NCBI RefSeq assembly: GCF_964355755.1
Contig: NC_092679.1
Coordinates: forward strand, 14,181,432-14,245,431
Length of the DNA: 64,000 bases
Direction: 5' to 3'
Source of the DNA: Antedon mediterranea
Lineage: Eukaryota > Animalia > Echinodermata
A program made the translations under genes and the position numbers. Numbering within the stretch: position 1 is the first letter of the stretch; each line of letters begins with the position of its first letter. Of this stretch, positions 1 through 14,400 are shown in pieces. The notes below the pieces were generated by a model that was given only the letters and a program-made list of their open reading frames with translations, searched no databases and had not been told where the DNA came from.

Positions 1-3000
1 GGAGAAAATAAAACAATGGAATGCGAGTAATGCACACAGGTAGACGATGATCGGTTCGGAATCACAATCCATTGAATTGCATCTATTTGAAATAATAGAG
101 GATTACTTCTTTCATGATTAATAGGTGGTTCGATATTGAAATTTGTAAAAATAAATAATGATTTAACGTTAATAAGATGGAGGAAATATCCTCCATGATT
201 ATAATAATAAGGTACAATCACATTTAATTACATTAATTAAAATTATAACGAAATAAGAAAACATGAGACCGTAAAACACACACAGACACGCACAAACCAA
301 CTTATAAATGATAAACATTTTCCCATGTCATGACTGAAAAGTATGTGCACTATTTTCGTTTCAAAATTGATACAACAGAGAAAACGTTATTGTCATTAGA
401 AACAGCAATAACAAGAATACTTGGAAACTTTTTAACAGAAACAAAACTTAAAAGAAACAAGAAGTATAGGCCTAGCCGAAAATGTGGAAACGTGAGCTGA
501 AAAAATAGTTATATAGTATGTATAATAGTGGTTATAGTTATTTTTTAGTAAAAAAAAAGAAGCGGTGACCGTTTCTTCTTCGACCAATTCGTTATTGGTA
601 CATTGTCATTATGCAGGTTTTGGCCTATTTAGTCGTCCTAACACTGTAGAGGGATACACTTCCCTGGTCCTACAATCATAAATCATATCAACCAATAACA
701 AGTGTGTGCTACAACGAATGTGTTTATTGATAAAAATGTGAACATCGTTTCGAAGGGGTTTTTAACCTTTGCGTGCTTTCTGTTGATAAAAACAGCTTGA
801 GAAATATTCTACCTGAAATTGTTAAACTCTTTAGCGATTTCTTTGACCTAGTTCTAGTGAGGTTCTGCCGGGGGACATCGAAATGGCACGGTATGAGTAA
901 CTGTTATTATAGCATAGAGACTAATTAAATACTAGGCAAAGTATTATTAAATACAGAATTAAAATAAGGGAAATATATCGGTTTCAGCTTTCATTTGATT
1001 ATCCTCCGAATATCAGTTAAAGGAATCAGATATCGGATTTGTCGGATCTAAATATTGGTCACGTTCTGAAACTTTGTTTGCAACGTCGAACGAACTTTGT
1101 TGCCTAAAAAAGTTGTAGTACCATTCATTGCCACTATTTTTACGATTATTTGATTAACTTGTTCATATTGTATGCAACCAACAACTCTTGAACGTTCCTG
1201 TGATTCTCAAACAATATCGATCGTAACTTTTTTAAACAAAAATAATTTCAATAACAGCCTATGCGCACATAGCAACTCATCCTTCAATTCAATTCAAATC
1301 GGGGAAACGATTTTAAAGGTTTAGATAACCCGTCAAATCAAATTATGTGTATGGTATGTATTGCCAAAACGTCGGCCCTATTTATTATGACTTCGACAAA
1401 AATTGATTGATATATTTCTATAATAATTCACTTACTGTGTTAAATGACCAGTATCAACTATTGTTGATTTTTTGTATGAATCTACACATTCTGTGTCTCA
1501 CATTACACCTGGAAATATATTTATAATATTTCATGCTTAGTTTTCCTCCGGGCGTCATCACGTTTACTTTCGTGCGAGCACACGTTTCTGCTGCCAACCT
1601 TCTGAGGGAACTGATCTTTCTTCAGGTCTATTGCGCAGGTGCTAAGGTAAAGCGGTATCATGACTTTAATTGTTGACATATCTAATAATAACTTTTATAG
1701 ATGAGAGAAACTATCTTGGTGGCATGAACCATGCCATGCCAAACAGCGGTGGTTATCTATCGACAAACTACGGTATATCATTATCACGGATGAGTCTATA
1801 AATAGACCTTTCTATCTATCTATAACAAAGAATGGAGTATAATAATTTCATGTTGATGCCAACATGCATTGTATAAAACTGTTTACTAATGATTTTTATA
1901 GGGATTATAACTTTGAGATGTGTTAAAGGAAATTGTCAGGATGTAGGCCTACGCATAATATAACGACTTATTGATCCGAATCATGTTCATAATCATGATT
2001 CATTATGATGACCAAATGGCACAGGCTACGTTTATTCAATACATATATATATATATAATACATCCGTCATCAAGAGCCCAAATTATAAAGACATTATTTA
2101 TATAGCTAAATATTGTGACGTAATCGATACAGTAGATATTGACGATGTTAGGAAACCACTGTCACTATAACTTCAGTACGGTACTATATACACTATAGGC
2201 CTATTCATGACTCTGTTCTGTGAGCTAGCTTTAACTATGAATTTAAAAAATCGCCCGTGGTTACATTTGCTTAAATTGAAATCGTGAGGAACATGACATA
2301 CGATGAATATGTTATGATAGAATGTGACTTTAGCATTATGCCTTCGAGGTGCAAGTGTTAATTATAGCCGAGATGCCCACTAGCAGTATTTATGTAGAAT
2401 TGAAGACATTAAAAATGTCATGAAACTTAAATTTTAATGGTATTTATGGTTGCTGTGTCAGGCTACAGGGCCTATAGGTTCCATTGTGCAAATGGGATAC
2501 CCATGGCTTAAATATCGAATGATCACGTAACCTAGCGTAACAAATTAAACATTTTCATCATTCCTCTCAAGGTGAATAACATTCCTGGGCAAACACCTTC
2601 CGCCACATCCCGAATGACAATTGGTTTTCTGATTCTGGCATCCGAAATAAATATGACAAAAATCATGGCCCACCCCTAATTTTGAATAAATCTATGTAAA
2701 AATAAATGTTCGCAGAACTAAACTACATTCACACGGCGACGTACAATTACATTTCCATTATACTTAACCGTCTTCCGTTCCATGAAACGGATCAAGTGTG
2801 AATGTAGCTTTACGCGGGCACAACGAGACATAATTATTGGTTCACACCACAATATAGGCAACGCAAGGACAGTAAGCACAACGTAAAGCTAGCTTGGTTC
2901 CCTAGACGCAACGCACGGACGTAGACGCATACTGAAATGCCGCGGCAGTCGTGTACGTACCACCATATATTATACTATAGAATAGAATGTTATATCTATC

Positions 3001-6000
3001 TACCACACACATCGTCCCTATGCCCTGCATGTCGGCATATTCATCCTAATAATTAAGTGATGGTTCACATTTTGAATTAAATTGCTGATTGCCTTAATAT
3101 AAATGTTGTTTATTCAGCCTATCTACTCCAAACGTTTAAATCACTTCTTAGATTCTATATAAACATTTGAAACCCAACCGGCGCATATTTTGGCAAAACT
3201 ATTTTGGGTCAGTTATGGGTCACATAGAATTTGCCAAACATATGGTTAAAATTTGTTACATTATTTCTTACGGTCAATGGTTAATGACTATAATCAAATT
3301 CAGTTTAAAGTTCAAACTATAACGATTGTGAGGGGTGTGATGAAGTATCGATATTTCCAAAACAAGATCCCAACGCTAAAGGGAATCCTTGTAGTAAATA
3401 CAAAAACAACATTTCGACCAGATTAATATTAACTCTAATTTTTTTTTCGTTTGCATTACTTTCAAATTTAAAAAAATATATAGGATATAAAAAAAAGTGG
3501 GACGACGAACCATAAAAAAGATTAGAAAATTGTATTTTCTTTACGTGTCGAAAATCGAATATCGGTATATTTATCGACGTTCACTTTGGCAAGATTTAAT
3601 AGAATATTACGAACGTTATATAATATACAAAAATAATGAATGAATGAATAATGAGTGTACTATTTCACGCAATGTGACCCACGTTCGTCCAATCAAATGA
3701 CAGGAATTTATTTAGGTGTTATATAATAATTGTTAGTGCACGGCATCTTAGTATCAATCTATAACAATAAAAAAAAAATTTTTCGTGTTTGTCAAAACAT
3801 CATCTTCCAATATTATCAAAACATTGTAGCATACAGCACTCAAAAGAATATTTATCACATTTACGTTTACTAAACACATTATATATTTATATTTAGGTCA
3901 ATTGAGACAAATAAAATTGTTGTTGACAGAATTACTGTTGTGTTCCCATTGAATACTTAGTCCCAAAAGACTATAGACCCCCAAAAAATAGGTCTACTTG
4001 TTACAAAACATGGTAAAGTACACTGAACTAGACCAACAAGAGCGTTAAGCCACTGTTTTAAAACAGTAATGTTCGCAAATGATTTATGTTTATGATGACC
4101 CAAGTGTAGCTTATATTATTGCGTGTTCACACGAGCGAAAATTATAGGTCCATATGTCATTTTATTTTACAGTAGTCTAACGGTAAATGTTCACGTTATA
4201 CAACACAAAGGTACAGCAGCAAACAGGCTTTTAGAATGTATACGGTCCTGCGTGAGAAGAAGGTTATTTATTACATTATAAAAATTGTGCTCGTTGCCTT
4301 TTTTAGATGCCGTCACCGTACAAATAAAATGTCAAATGCCTGTAAATGCCAATTTCCCCGCAATTTCCACAGACGAGCGGAGGTCCAAAGAATAATCTGT
4401 ATCTAAATCGCGTGGCGTCGTAAATGAGAAAGGATCAAGTTACAAGTTTGTTGTTGGTTGTAATTGTACATGATTGCTTACAAAGTCGGTAAAACATGCT
4501 TTGCTTATTAATGACATTCCAAACGTCAACGACACTTGGGATGTCTTTGAAGGTAAAAAGCTGCACCTATATTTGTTCAATGTAACAATTTATGATATAC
4601 TATACAGTACGGAAAAGAGAATTTGGATTGGACGATGACTGGTCTACGCGTTTGTAGCATCATTGGCCTGTCTCTCAACTTTTTCTTCCGAGATGGTACT
4701 ACACGACGCACGCGCCTTACCATTTTCTAAACTACGATTTGTATGGTATGTTTTTATAGTGTTGATACAAATTCATGTTATTCAAATAAATCAATATAAT
4801 TACAAAAACATATCATATTCATTTAATACATCCTCGTAAAACAATAACAGTCCAATCCTTTAAACGGTATTATACAATACCGGTACCATATTTAAAACAA
4901 AGTATGTGACGGGACTGGATGGATTGCAATGACCCAGTTTAATGAGAAGATAAATAAAAGGGAGGAGGACATTAGGGTTTGACGCAGATATTTAAGACAT
5001 AACATGGATGGTATAAGCTACATATCCAAATCTAGAATAAAACATTGGATTTTTTATTTTTGTTATTTAAAAAACTGGTATTAAATTCACTTGACATAAA
5101 GCACACACGCTATCATTAAGTTGATATAATGTCACGTAGCAAATAACAGGTGTAGACAATGTTAATTAGTAATCAATTATAAATGATATAAATCTCAAGT
5201 TAATACTTCTGTGGCAGACTATCTTAAAAATCATCATCACACCTCGCCCTGGCACTTCCTGAAATGTTGTTATTGTAAGTAATCTTATAAAACACAGTGT
5301 CATCACCCCACATGCCTGGCATTCACACTAAACTAAAAATAGTATTGTACTAAAATACAGCCTTATAATGAGAGAACAGCAACAATATGAAGCGGCCGGA
5401 AGAGAATCATAACTACTGACCAATCACGCCACGATTCTAGTTGGCGTCACCGATTGAAGTGAGGCGCGGGCAAGTCAGAGAATCATCAGACGGTAAGTTC
5501 AGGCTCACACAGAAAAATATGGCGAACAACTATTGTTTACGTTTTTTGTTTTTGTTTACCGTCAGGGAATTTATTACAAAGCGATTTTTACAGGATGGGT
5601 GCGGGTGCAGGAGCAAGTAGCAACCAAAGTGATGGACAGATGCAATGTTGTTTGGATATTTTCAAGTAAAGGTAGGCTATCCTAGGGCATCCGGTACTTA
5701 GTAGTGTAGTAGTGCGTACTGTAGTGGGGCTGCGCTTAGTGTCCTCCGATCTCATTAAGGTAAGGCCTACTGTAGTAGGCTGATAACGGCTTTGCACCAC
5801 CACTATTGGCATAGCATACCATAAGTTGTACCATAGCAAATCCATATGACGTAGTTATATATTGTAGTATTCAGGTCATTTAAATAATGATGCTGATTCA
5901 GAAATTACAAACATGAATGCATTTTATTCAAATAAGTTTATACACTTTGTTTCACAAAATATACATAATCATTCTTTATCTTTTATCCTTTACTAGTATT

Positions 6001-6114
6001 GAGTATTCCTACAAATTGACACCGTCCATATCTTTTTTTTTTTCTAATACCAAAAGAGTGATCATTATTTTACTAACATTTTTCTCAAAGTTCATCCTGC
6101 TCTTTGGTTCTTGA

Positions 6115-6237
6115 AGCTTGGTTCCTACTTCGGACTCAACAAAGTAAGTAATTTGACCACTAATGATGTGATGGATAAATCTGTCACTTGCGATTGGTCA
6201 ATTCACTTGCCTTGCACATACATCTTAGAACCAAGCT
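6115..6237. mobile_element. Small Harbinger-like MITE
   Basis: AGCTTGGTTC ... GAACCAAGCT with tga/tta flanks; related end at ~2891. Confidence 0.5.
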
Positions 6238-8056
6238 TTATAGTCACAATTCTATGTGTAATACAGTAGTATAAAATGATTACTATGACAAATTTTGCCT
6301 ACAAACTTTTTGGTGAGTATGATGTAACGAAATAGTAATATCACGATCTGCCAAGATGCAACGTTTCAAGGCCCATACCAACGAGGCAGTTATGTGTGTA
6401 AAATTGCATCTATGTTTAGTTTCTTTGGAAATCTCAAAAAGATTACACGAACGTATGGTAGCCATACAGATACATGGTCATGTATGCATCATATCTTCTC
6501 TACTACAAAGTTTGCATCAGAAAAAAATAATCTGCACAACAAATGTAAACAAGCTTAGTATCAAGAATGGCAAGACAAAAAAAGAGAAAACAAAATTACA
6601 GTGCTGAACACACAGTTGAAGCAGGTGTACCCACTATACCTGACATAATCTAAACCACAGAGTGCATGTATATTGTAATGCATATTGTGTAGTTTCACTG
6701 TTTTTAATTTAACTGTATAATATAATTAATGCAATAAAATGCATAAATTTCAATTTAATTGCAAATATATATAAAAAATACTTGAATTATATAAAAATAA
6801 TAATAAATACTATTGTTAATGTTTAAAATTTCAGTAATAGAGATCATAACTAAATGATCATTCACAAAAAAACATATTTCAAAAATAATTTAATGAAAAT
6901 ACAAGTTTATTTGTAGACAGGGGGCGGAGCGCTACATATTGGGTTATTCTACAGGTCTAAGAGGTACACCTCTGGAAGAGTGTTTTTGCCTACTGAATAT
7001 GAGAGTTTGATGTTAAATAAATAACATTGAAATATTAATTTCTATAATTGACAATCTAAAAACCAAAAATTTAATGTTCCTTTATTTTTGTAAATTAGCC
7101 AAATTAAACTTCATAATAACAATTGTGCCATCAAATGGAAATTATAAAATTTTTTTTTATTATGCAAGTTTTATATAATTTTAATCTATAGCAAATTTTT
7201 CCTCTGATAAATTTTGATTATAATCAATTGAAAGTAGTCTTTCTAGTAAATTTAAATTAAACTAAACTACAAAAACAGTATCTGTTGTCACATTTTGACA
7301 TTCAACATATTTTTAATAAGACTTATCGATTAAAAATCATATTTTCAAATTTCTTATCTTAAAAACCTTTGGTTTGAATTTTGAAATGAAACAATAATGT
7401 AATATTCTAAAAATATTTGATTTCTTTGTTAAAATCCTTAAAGATACATGAAGTGGCAGTTGCATATGCAAAATTTGTGACATTAACATAAATGATAACT
7501 TATTATTTACGCAAAAAGCAAGATTGCCTTTTTTGAAACATTTTTTCATGAACACTCACCTAAACATTCTTCCACAAGAAAACATCCCTAAAGAGAATGA
7601 AATGTCCCAAGCACAATTATAAAGGTAATCAGCCACTTTAAACCATGACTGTGCAATACTGTATAATACTGCAATAATAATGGTGTAGTGCAAGTCAAGT
7701 AAAAAAATGTCTCTTTAAGAGCTTAACTCTTAAAATGCAATATTGGTCATCTCTTTAAGAGAGACCAAGTGAGTATAACATACAATCACACACATTAACA
7801 ACAAATAGCAAAATATTTACATCAAAAGAAAAATATGTTTTATGCTACAATATCTTTATCTAGCACCAAGACTCTTAATTATAGTACTTTCTTCCACGAT
7901 GATAACAACATACACCATGCGTCTAAAGAATTTTTGTATTCTTCTTCCAAGACCATTTTTCAATAGTTTTATTTACAAAGTATTTACAATGCCTTAAGCA
8001 CACACACTTGTATATACAAACATAAATTTTTTCGAAAAACACTGTATTCACATGGA

Positions 8057-8442
8057 TTAAACCGGTTGAATACTTTTTCCGACACTGTAATAACCGCTGA
8101 ACCTCTTCATATCAATAGTGTCCAGGTTTCGTTTTGTATCTTGGTACATGTTTCCTTGTACGTTATTCTCTTTGAAACTGGCAGAGTCTCTAATAGAATC
8201 TCTGTTACTGTTTTTTACGTCCACATTCTTTTTCTTGATGGACATGATCGTAACTGGAGGTGTGGGTAATGTTTTTGACTTAATCTGATAGTCTACACGA
8301 TGGCGGTATTTTGTCACATATAAAAACATAGCAATGACAATCAAGACAGCCAGTAAGATGACAAAGATTGACAGAACTACTGGAAAAACTGGGAATGATG
8401 ACGGCACAGTATCTCCACAGGGAATTGTTTCATATGTTGGTA
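8057..8442 (-). CDS. CRIM1: CRIM1 last coding exon: TM helix and cytoplasmic tail
   Basis: Acceptor ttttccaaacgcag; VFPVVLSIFVILLAVLIVIAMFLYV TM; ends KRFSGYYSVGKSIQPV*. Confidence 0.9.
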
Positions 8443-11400
8443 CTGCGTTTGGAAAATATAAAGAAATTCAATACATTTTTAATAAATAACATTTGCCATA
8501 AAATGCATAGACACATTGTTATCTGCATTATAAACACCCATAAACTGGTTGTGTCTTATTGTACAGGACTAGGTACAGTTTATTTTGTGCAAATCTTTCT
8601 AAATCTGGCTGCAGTGTTGTGTTAATTTTCCTGCAATATACAGTACCGTTTTTTTTTATTAGCAGCAGAAACGAGTACCCAAAATATGGTATAAATACTG
8701 CAATTTATACAAAAATTTGGTGGGGAAAGGGTTAGTACAATTGTAAATGTAATTCAAATAAAAATATAAAATGTTTACCTTCTGTAAACATTTTAAATGG
8801 TTCTTGGGGTCTTCCACTGTCCATTGTCTTTCTTGTTGGACCTATTGTGAAAACAAGTTGAATTCAGGATTTAAAAAATAAAATACAAAAAATGGTTGTA
8901 ACACCCGTTGTAACACTAACAATGATGAAAAATGTTTACAACATAAAGGTACACAATGTTACATCGTAATAACATTTATCAACTATACCGGTGTGTGTGT
9001 AAGTTAAAATGTAGCAGAAATATTTTCTGCTCTTTTCTACTAATTGAAACTGGTTATTGTCAATAGTTAGCAAAGGCGCCAACTACTGTACAACGTAATT
9101 ATTACTTTAAAGTACTGTAATAGTTTTCCAATTAAATATCAATAAATAATAATTACATTATAAAGGTGCACTTGTTCAAAGCTAATGATTTCCCAATATA
9201 TTCTTAGTAATGCTTGCATCATGTGTATGTAAGACATTGTAATTTTATCCAAGACAAAATTTGAATTGAATCAATGATCACAAGATTAAGATCAAGGGCA
9301 GTGTACTCATTGAACAGGTGGTAAAACAAGTACAGACATGACACCTGTACAATTAACTCAATTTTCCAAAAAAGGCAATTTTTTAATAGTGTATCATCAA
9401 AACTAATCTTCCATATAGGTTCAATTACAGTTAAAAGCATATGTTATTAAAACCATGCAAACATTAATTTATTCCTATAAGGCTCTATCTGCAACAACTA
9501 GTAAAGCTCATTTTGCCGATAGAAGAGCAATTTGAAGCTAACGCTGTGGTTAATTGGACAAAATTTTGTTGAATTACCTGGCGAATCCAGCTTGGTTACG
9601 GAGGGAATATCTTGGTGATTATCTCCTGTGGAGAAAAGAACAGGTGTATAAAGAATGAGAAACTATTTCAGGTGATATGAGATTGTAAGAAGATTGTAAA
9701 GCTTTAAACACTGTTGACTGTATACATGTAATATACACATGTTCACGAGACATGAGACTGAGCTTACAGTTAATTGTGTGTTAATGCTGTCTACATTATA
9801 GCTAAATGTTTGTCAAGCTTTTACATTACAAAACTCTGAGAAATGAGACTAAGTAATGAAACATATTACTACATTAGACTGAACCATGAATCTGTGCCAA
9901 GTGAATTTTAAAAGCTTGTTCCTCACTTTCTAACACAAATATAATATGTATTCTCTCTTGAATACTGTACAGGTACTACAAGTTCCCTAAACACAAAACT
10001 GAAGTAAGTAAGTATATATCCTAGATATATTGTAGGTAGCGTATATGGGAAGGGACACAAATATAAATTGTTTTCATATACAGTAGAACCCCTCATCTAT
10101 GACACACCTCTTCAGGTGACACTTTCCTGTTAAACAAACAAGAGGAAATAAGTTTATACCGTATACGGTATATAAAAACAACATTTATTCAACATTCAAC
10201 AGTTTACATAGTTTATGGGTTAAGATACACAGAAGCCAAAGTGGCTTGTCTTTGTAGTCTCAAGCATAAACATAAAACATAGACGGACGCATTACATTAA
10301 CAAAAAAATGACATTTTGAGACAGAAAAAGAAAAAAAATATTTATATATATATATATATTATGTATATTTTATTTTTTCCTATACAGTATTATATGTTTT
10401 AACACTATGGCCACATAATTCAGGAGATATACTGTACTTATTAAAGGTTGGGTCTCAATTTCAAATCCCATTGACCACTTTAATAAACTCACTTTGTTGG
10501 CATGATGGGCAACACTGTCCAGGTAGTATGACTGTATCTACACATTGTAGATGCGGACACTCTGGTAGTCTACACACTGATATACCCTTTTGACAGACAC
10601 ACAGGGTACAGCTATCAGTGGTCCAATGTTGACCCTCAGAATATAAAGCCCCTCCATACTCACAGTTGACAACTGATTCTGTTAAACAATAAAACAAATA
10701 TTAATATCAATCAAATACCTTCATAGAGAATATCCAATACATTAAATAAAATGATACAACTATGGCAAAATAATATAAAATTGTTATGCGATTGTCATCA
10801 GTAACAGTAATTTCCACAGGCAAAAACCATGAAATATGTAAATGAAAATGAATACACCATTTTTATACAGTCAACTCTACAAAAACATTATTTGGCCCGC
10901 CAAAGTGACTGTTATTATTATATTATTATGTTATAAGACGAATATTATTATCGAATTTAGGATATTTTTGGGAAAAGTTTTTTTTTAGAGAGTTTTAGGT
11001 GTTATAGAGCTTCTGGTTTTTAGAGCCTCTTTTCTGGATTTTTGAAAAAAATGAAAAGCAATGGTATAGCCATAAAAGGATATTTAAGACTGACCTTCAA
11101 GACAGGATGGACAACACTGTCCTTTTCTCAATACAGGTGTTTTACAGTTAGCAGGTGGGCAGGTGTTTGAATAACAGGTTACTTCTCCACTCTCACATTT
11201 ACAGCTTGTACAATCATCCTTCTTCCACTTGAATCCATCTTCATATACTACTCCACCAGGCTGCACACATGGCATGTTCTCACCATCTCCAGAGCCATCT
11301 ACAACTGTGACAAAATTAGGCAAATTGTGAATATGAATTGTGCATGTGAATTAACTTCGTTTCTCTATTATACATTGGCGTAAAATATCAAATCATAGAA

Positions 11401-14400
11401 AGTCTATACACCACGGCAAAGCTTTTTCTTTATCCATAAATGTGTCCAAGGACATTGCTGGATCAGTATATTACTTTTCGTCCCACACCCACCTCGCTTT
11501 TTCCACTTTACAAACTGGCCAAATTCCAATACCCACACACCGAAGAAACCTACGAATACCTGAAAGTACTATTTTATTTTTTAGCCCACCCCTAAACTTC
11601 TCTAGCTCGATTACTGAAAACTGATTGAGAAACACATATTCCACCAGCTATCTGTTTGTCATTATGTATAATAATACAGATTTTAAACATTAAATCATTT
11701 TATGTTATACTTGCTTGTACTTAAGGAACAATAATCTTGGCCAAGGATTACCTGGGCAGTGTGGACAGCAATCATTATCATTAATGCTTGGATGAACACA
11801 AGGCAGAGGCGGGCAGTTTGCAGCAGAGCATAACACATGACCATCGTGACAAACACAATTTGTACACATATTTATATTCCACGTTTCCCCTTCCACATAA
11901 TAATGGCCATTTGATGAATGACATACTTTTAGGTTGATGTGCGCTATGTTGTTAGTTTCCGAATCTATAACAGAACAAAATTACCATTAAACAAAGCTTA
12001 ATTCCGTTTCCATTGAGGAATTACAAGTTACTTTAATATCCTCTAAAATATATTAAATGTTCAATATCATTTTAAAGTGGGTTGATTGTTGACTGAAGCA
12101 TATTATCTAGAAGTCTGATGGATGGGAACTATCTAATGATGACCTTCCTTGTGATGTTAAGAATATGGCTTAGAATTACCGAATGCACATTTTGTGCAAA
12201 AACTTACCTTTCTACTAATACTGTAGCCGAATGGTTAAAAAAAAAAATTAAAGGTTACTCAAACTTTAACAGTTTGAGTATTTATCTATCTTGTGGTTTC
12301 AAGTTTTTGGCTAATTATATTACCATTATATAGATATTGTAGGTGTGTTTGCTTATCATGTACAGTATGCCCAACCATTTTCAACCCTTCCTCCTTTTAT
12401 TTTTGATATTAATCTTACATTCCTATGTACATAATACAGTATCTATATTCTTCACATTTGCTTTTGTCACCAGAGTATACTAATAAAATATTATTATTCA
12501 GCTGGAAGTGTCAATTATCTCCTATTTTCTGAGGAATTTCATCTAATTGGTATCATGTTGTCCACTGGGATCTCCTTATGTTTTCATAAAATTTCAACAT
12601 AACAGGTTGATATAAAAAAATTACTGAGACCTGGCCAAATAATAAGATGGCACAGATATGAAAAACAAAATTACAAGATTTGATAACTTTGTTGTTTGTT
12701 TGTGTAAAATTCAATAATGCAATCAACCAGACCATGTAACTAAAAGCAGCAAAACCTTTAAATAAAGTTCATTCTTAGGTAGGTACAGTAGTAGGTAAAT
12801 TATATAGAGGGCAGCTCATACCTGGGCAGGTAGGACAGCATTCACCAGCTCTAATGACGGGTTTTCCACAAGCGGGAGAAGAACATGTTATAAGTGAACA
12901 CATCTCCTGCCCACTGTGACAGTAGCATTCTCGGCATCCATCATGCCAACTCTCACTGTCCTCATAATGTTTTCCACTGGATGATTGACAGGAACCAAGA
13001 CTCACAAGAACTGTCTCTTTCTTTGATGATTCTGACATAACAAATAATGAAAACAAAAAGCATGCAAGTTTAAACATTATGTATTGTAGTGAAATTACAA
13101 AGGACTTTGCAAAGGTTCTGAACAGACCTAAATTATGATTTTTGTAGTCATGTACTAAAGTAAGCTAAAATTATTTTCTTCAAGTAAAACTATCTTAATA
13201 GAAGTGAGTTATGTAGCACACTACTGTTTTGTACATTGCATCTATAGTGATCCATCACTGGGTATTTACAGAATATCCATATGGTGGGCTGGACATGATG
13301 ACTGTGGAAATACAGTACAGAGAATAGGATGAATATTTGTATTATTTATATGGAAAATACATTCTACGTTGTCTGCACCCTTTGCATCTTTCTGAATTAC
13401 CTGAACATCTGCATATATTGCATCCACGGTCATTCTTCTTGAATCCATTGGTACACTGCAGATCACAATCCATCATTTCTTTGCATCGTTTACATTTACA
13501 TCTCGGACATCCCCACCGGTCTTCCTGGAAGCCATAAATACAGTACTTGGAGCAGCTGTGGTCTGTTGGACATTTGCTAGCATCTGTTGCACAATGACAT
13601 TGAGGGCAGCCGTTATCATCCTTACTGAATCCGAAAGGACAAAATAGACTACAGTTGAATTTAGGGCATTGTACTGGCGGTTTGGTTATCACATCAGGTT
13701 CTGAAATAGGAACATAATATTTATTATTTTATAGTCCCAGATAACATTTTTCTAACACTTTCTGCCATTTTGTAGATATCCTGTCACTGGGAGCAGAAAA
13801 CATTGTACTGTAAATGGTGTCAAATGGTCAACCTGGTGCGCAAACAGTTTCTTTACCTAGTGTAAATGGAAGGAGGGACTCTGTGTATTCTGGAGTTTAT
13901 AGTGTAAAAAAGTGTACTAGAGTGAACATGCTTTGGATAAAATGGATCAGGATGTTCTAGGCTGTAGATTGGATGAAATTAACACTACATGTACAACTTC
14001 CATTATGTTATTAAAAAGTTCATCTTCCCCTGTAAAATTTGCGTATACAATACTTGAATTTACACAATTAGGCTTTCAATCAATCAAAATAAATAGTATT
14101 TCTGTTGTGTTCAGACGAAAATGAATTACATGTGTAAACTACAAAATTTACTCAGCAAGGTATATTTCATGCTTGAGTACCCCAGTCAAAATTGTACTGC
14201 GATATTATTCCCGTTATCCCATGTGCAGCGGTGAGGCTAAACATCCGTTGTCGATGAATTACAGTAGGCATAGCCTGTTTTATCCCAACATTATAAAACA
14301 AGAAAAAAAACTCACTAAAATAGCAAGTTATAAATGATCGCTCCCTGTGATGTCACAGAATAACATGATGTGTATATACTGTAAATACTTCACTTTTACA

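Noticed and set aside
6356-6607. 83-aa ORF ending in KLQC
   Set aside because: No recognisable domain or convincing splice sites; probably a chance ORF.
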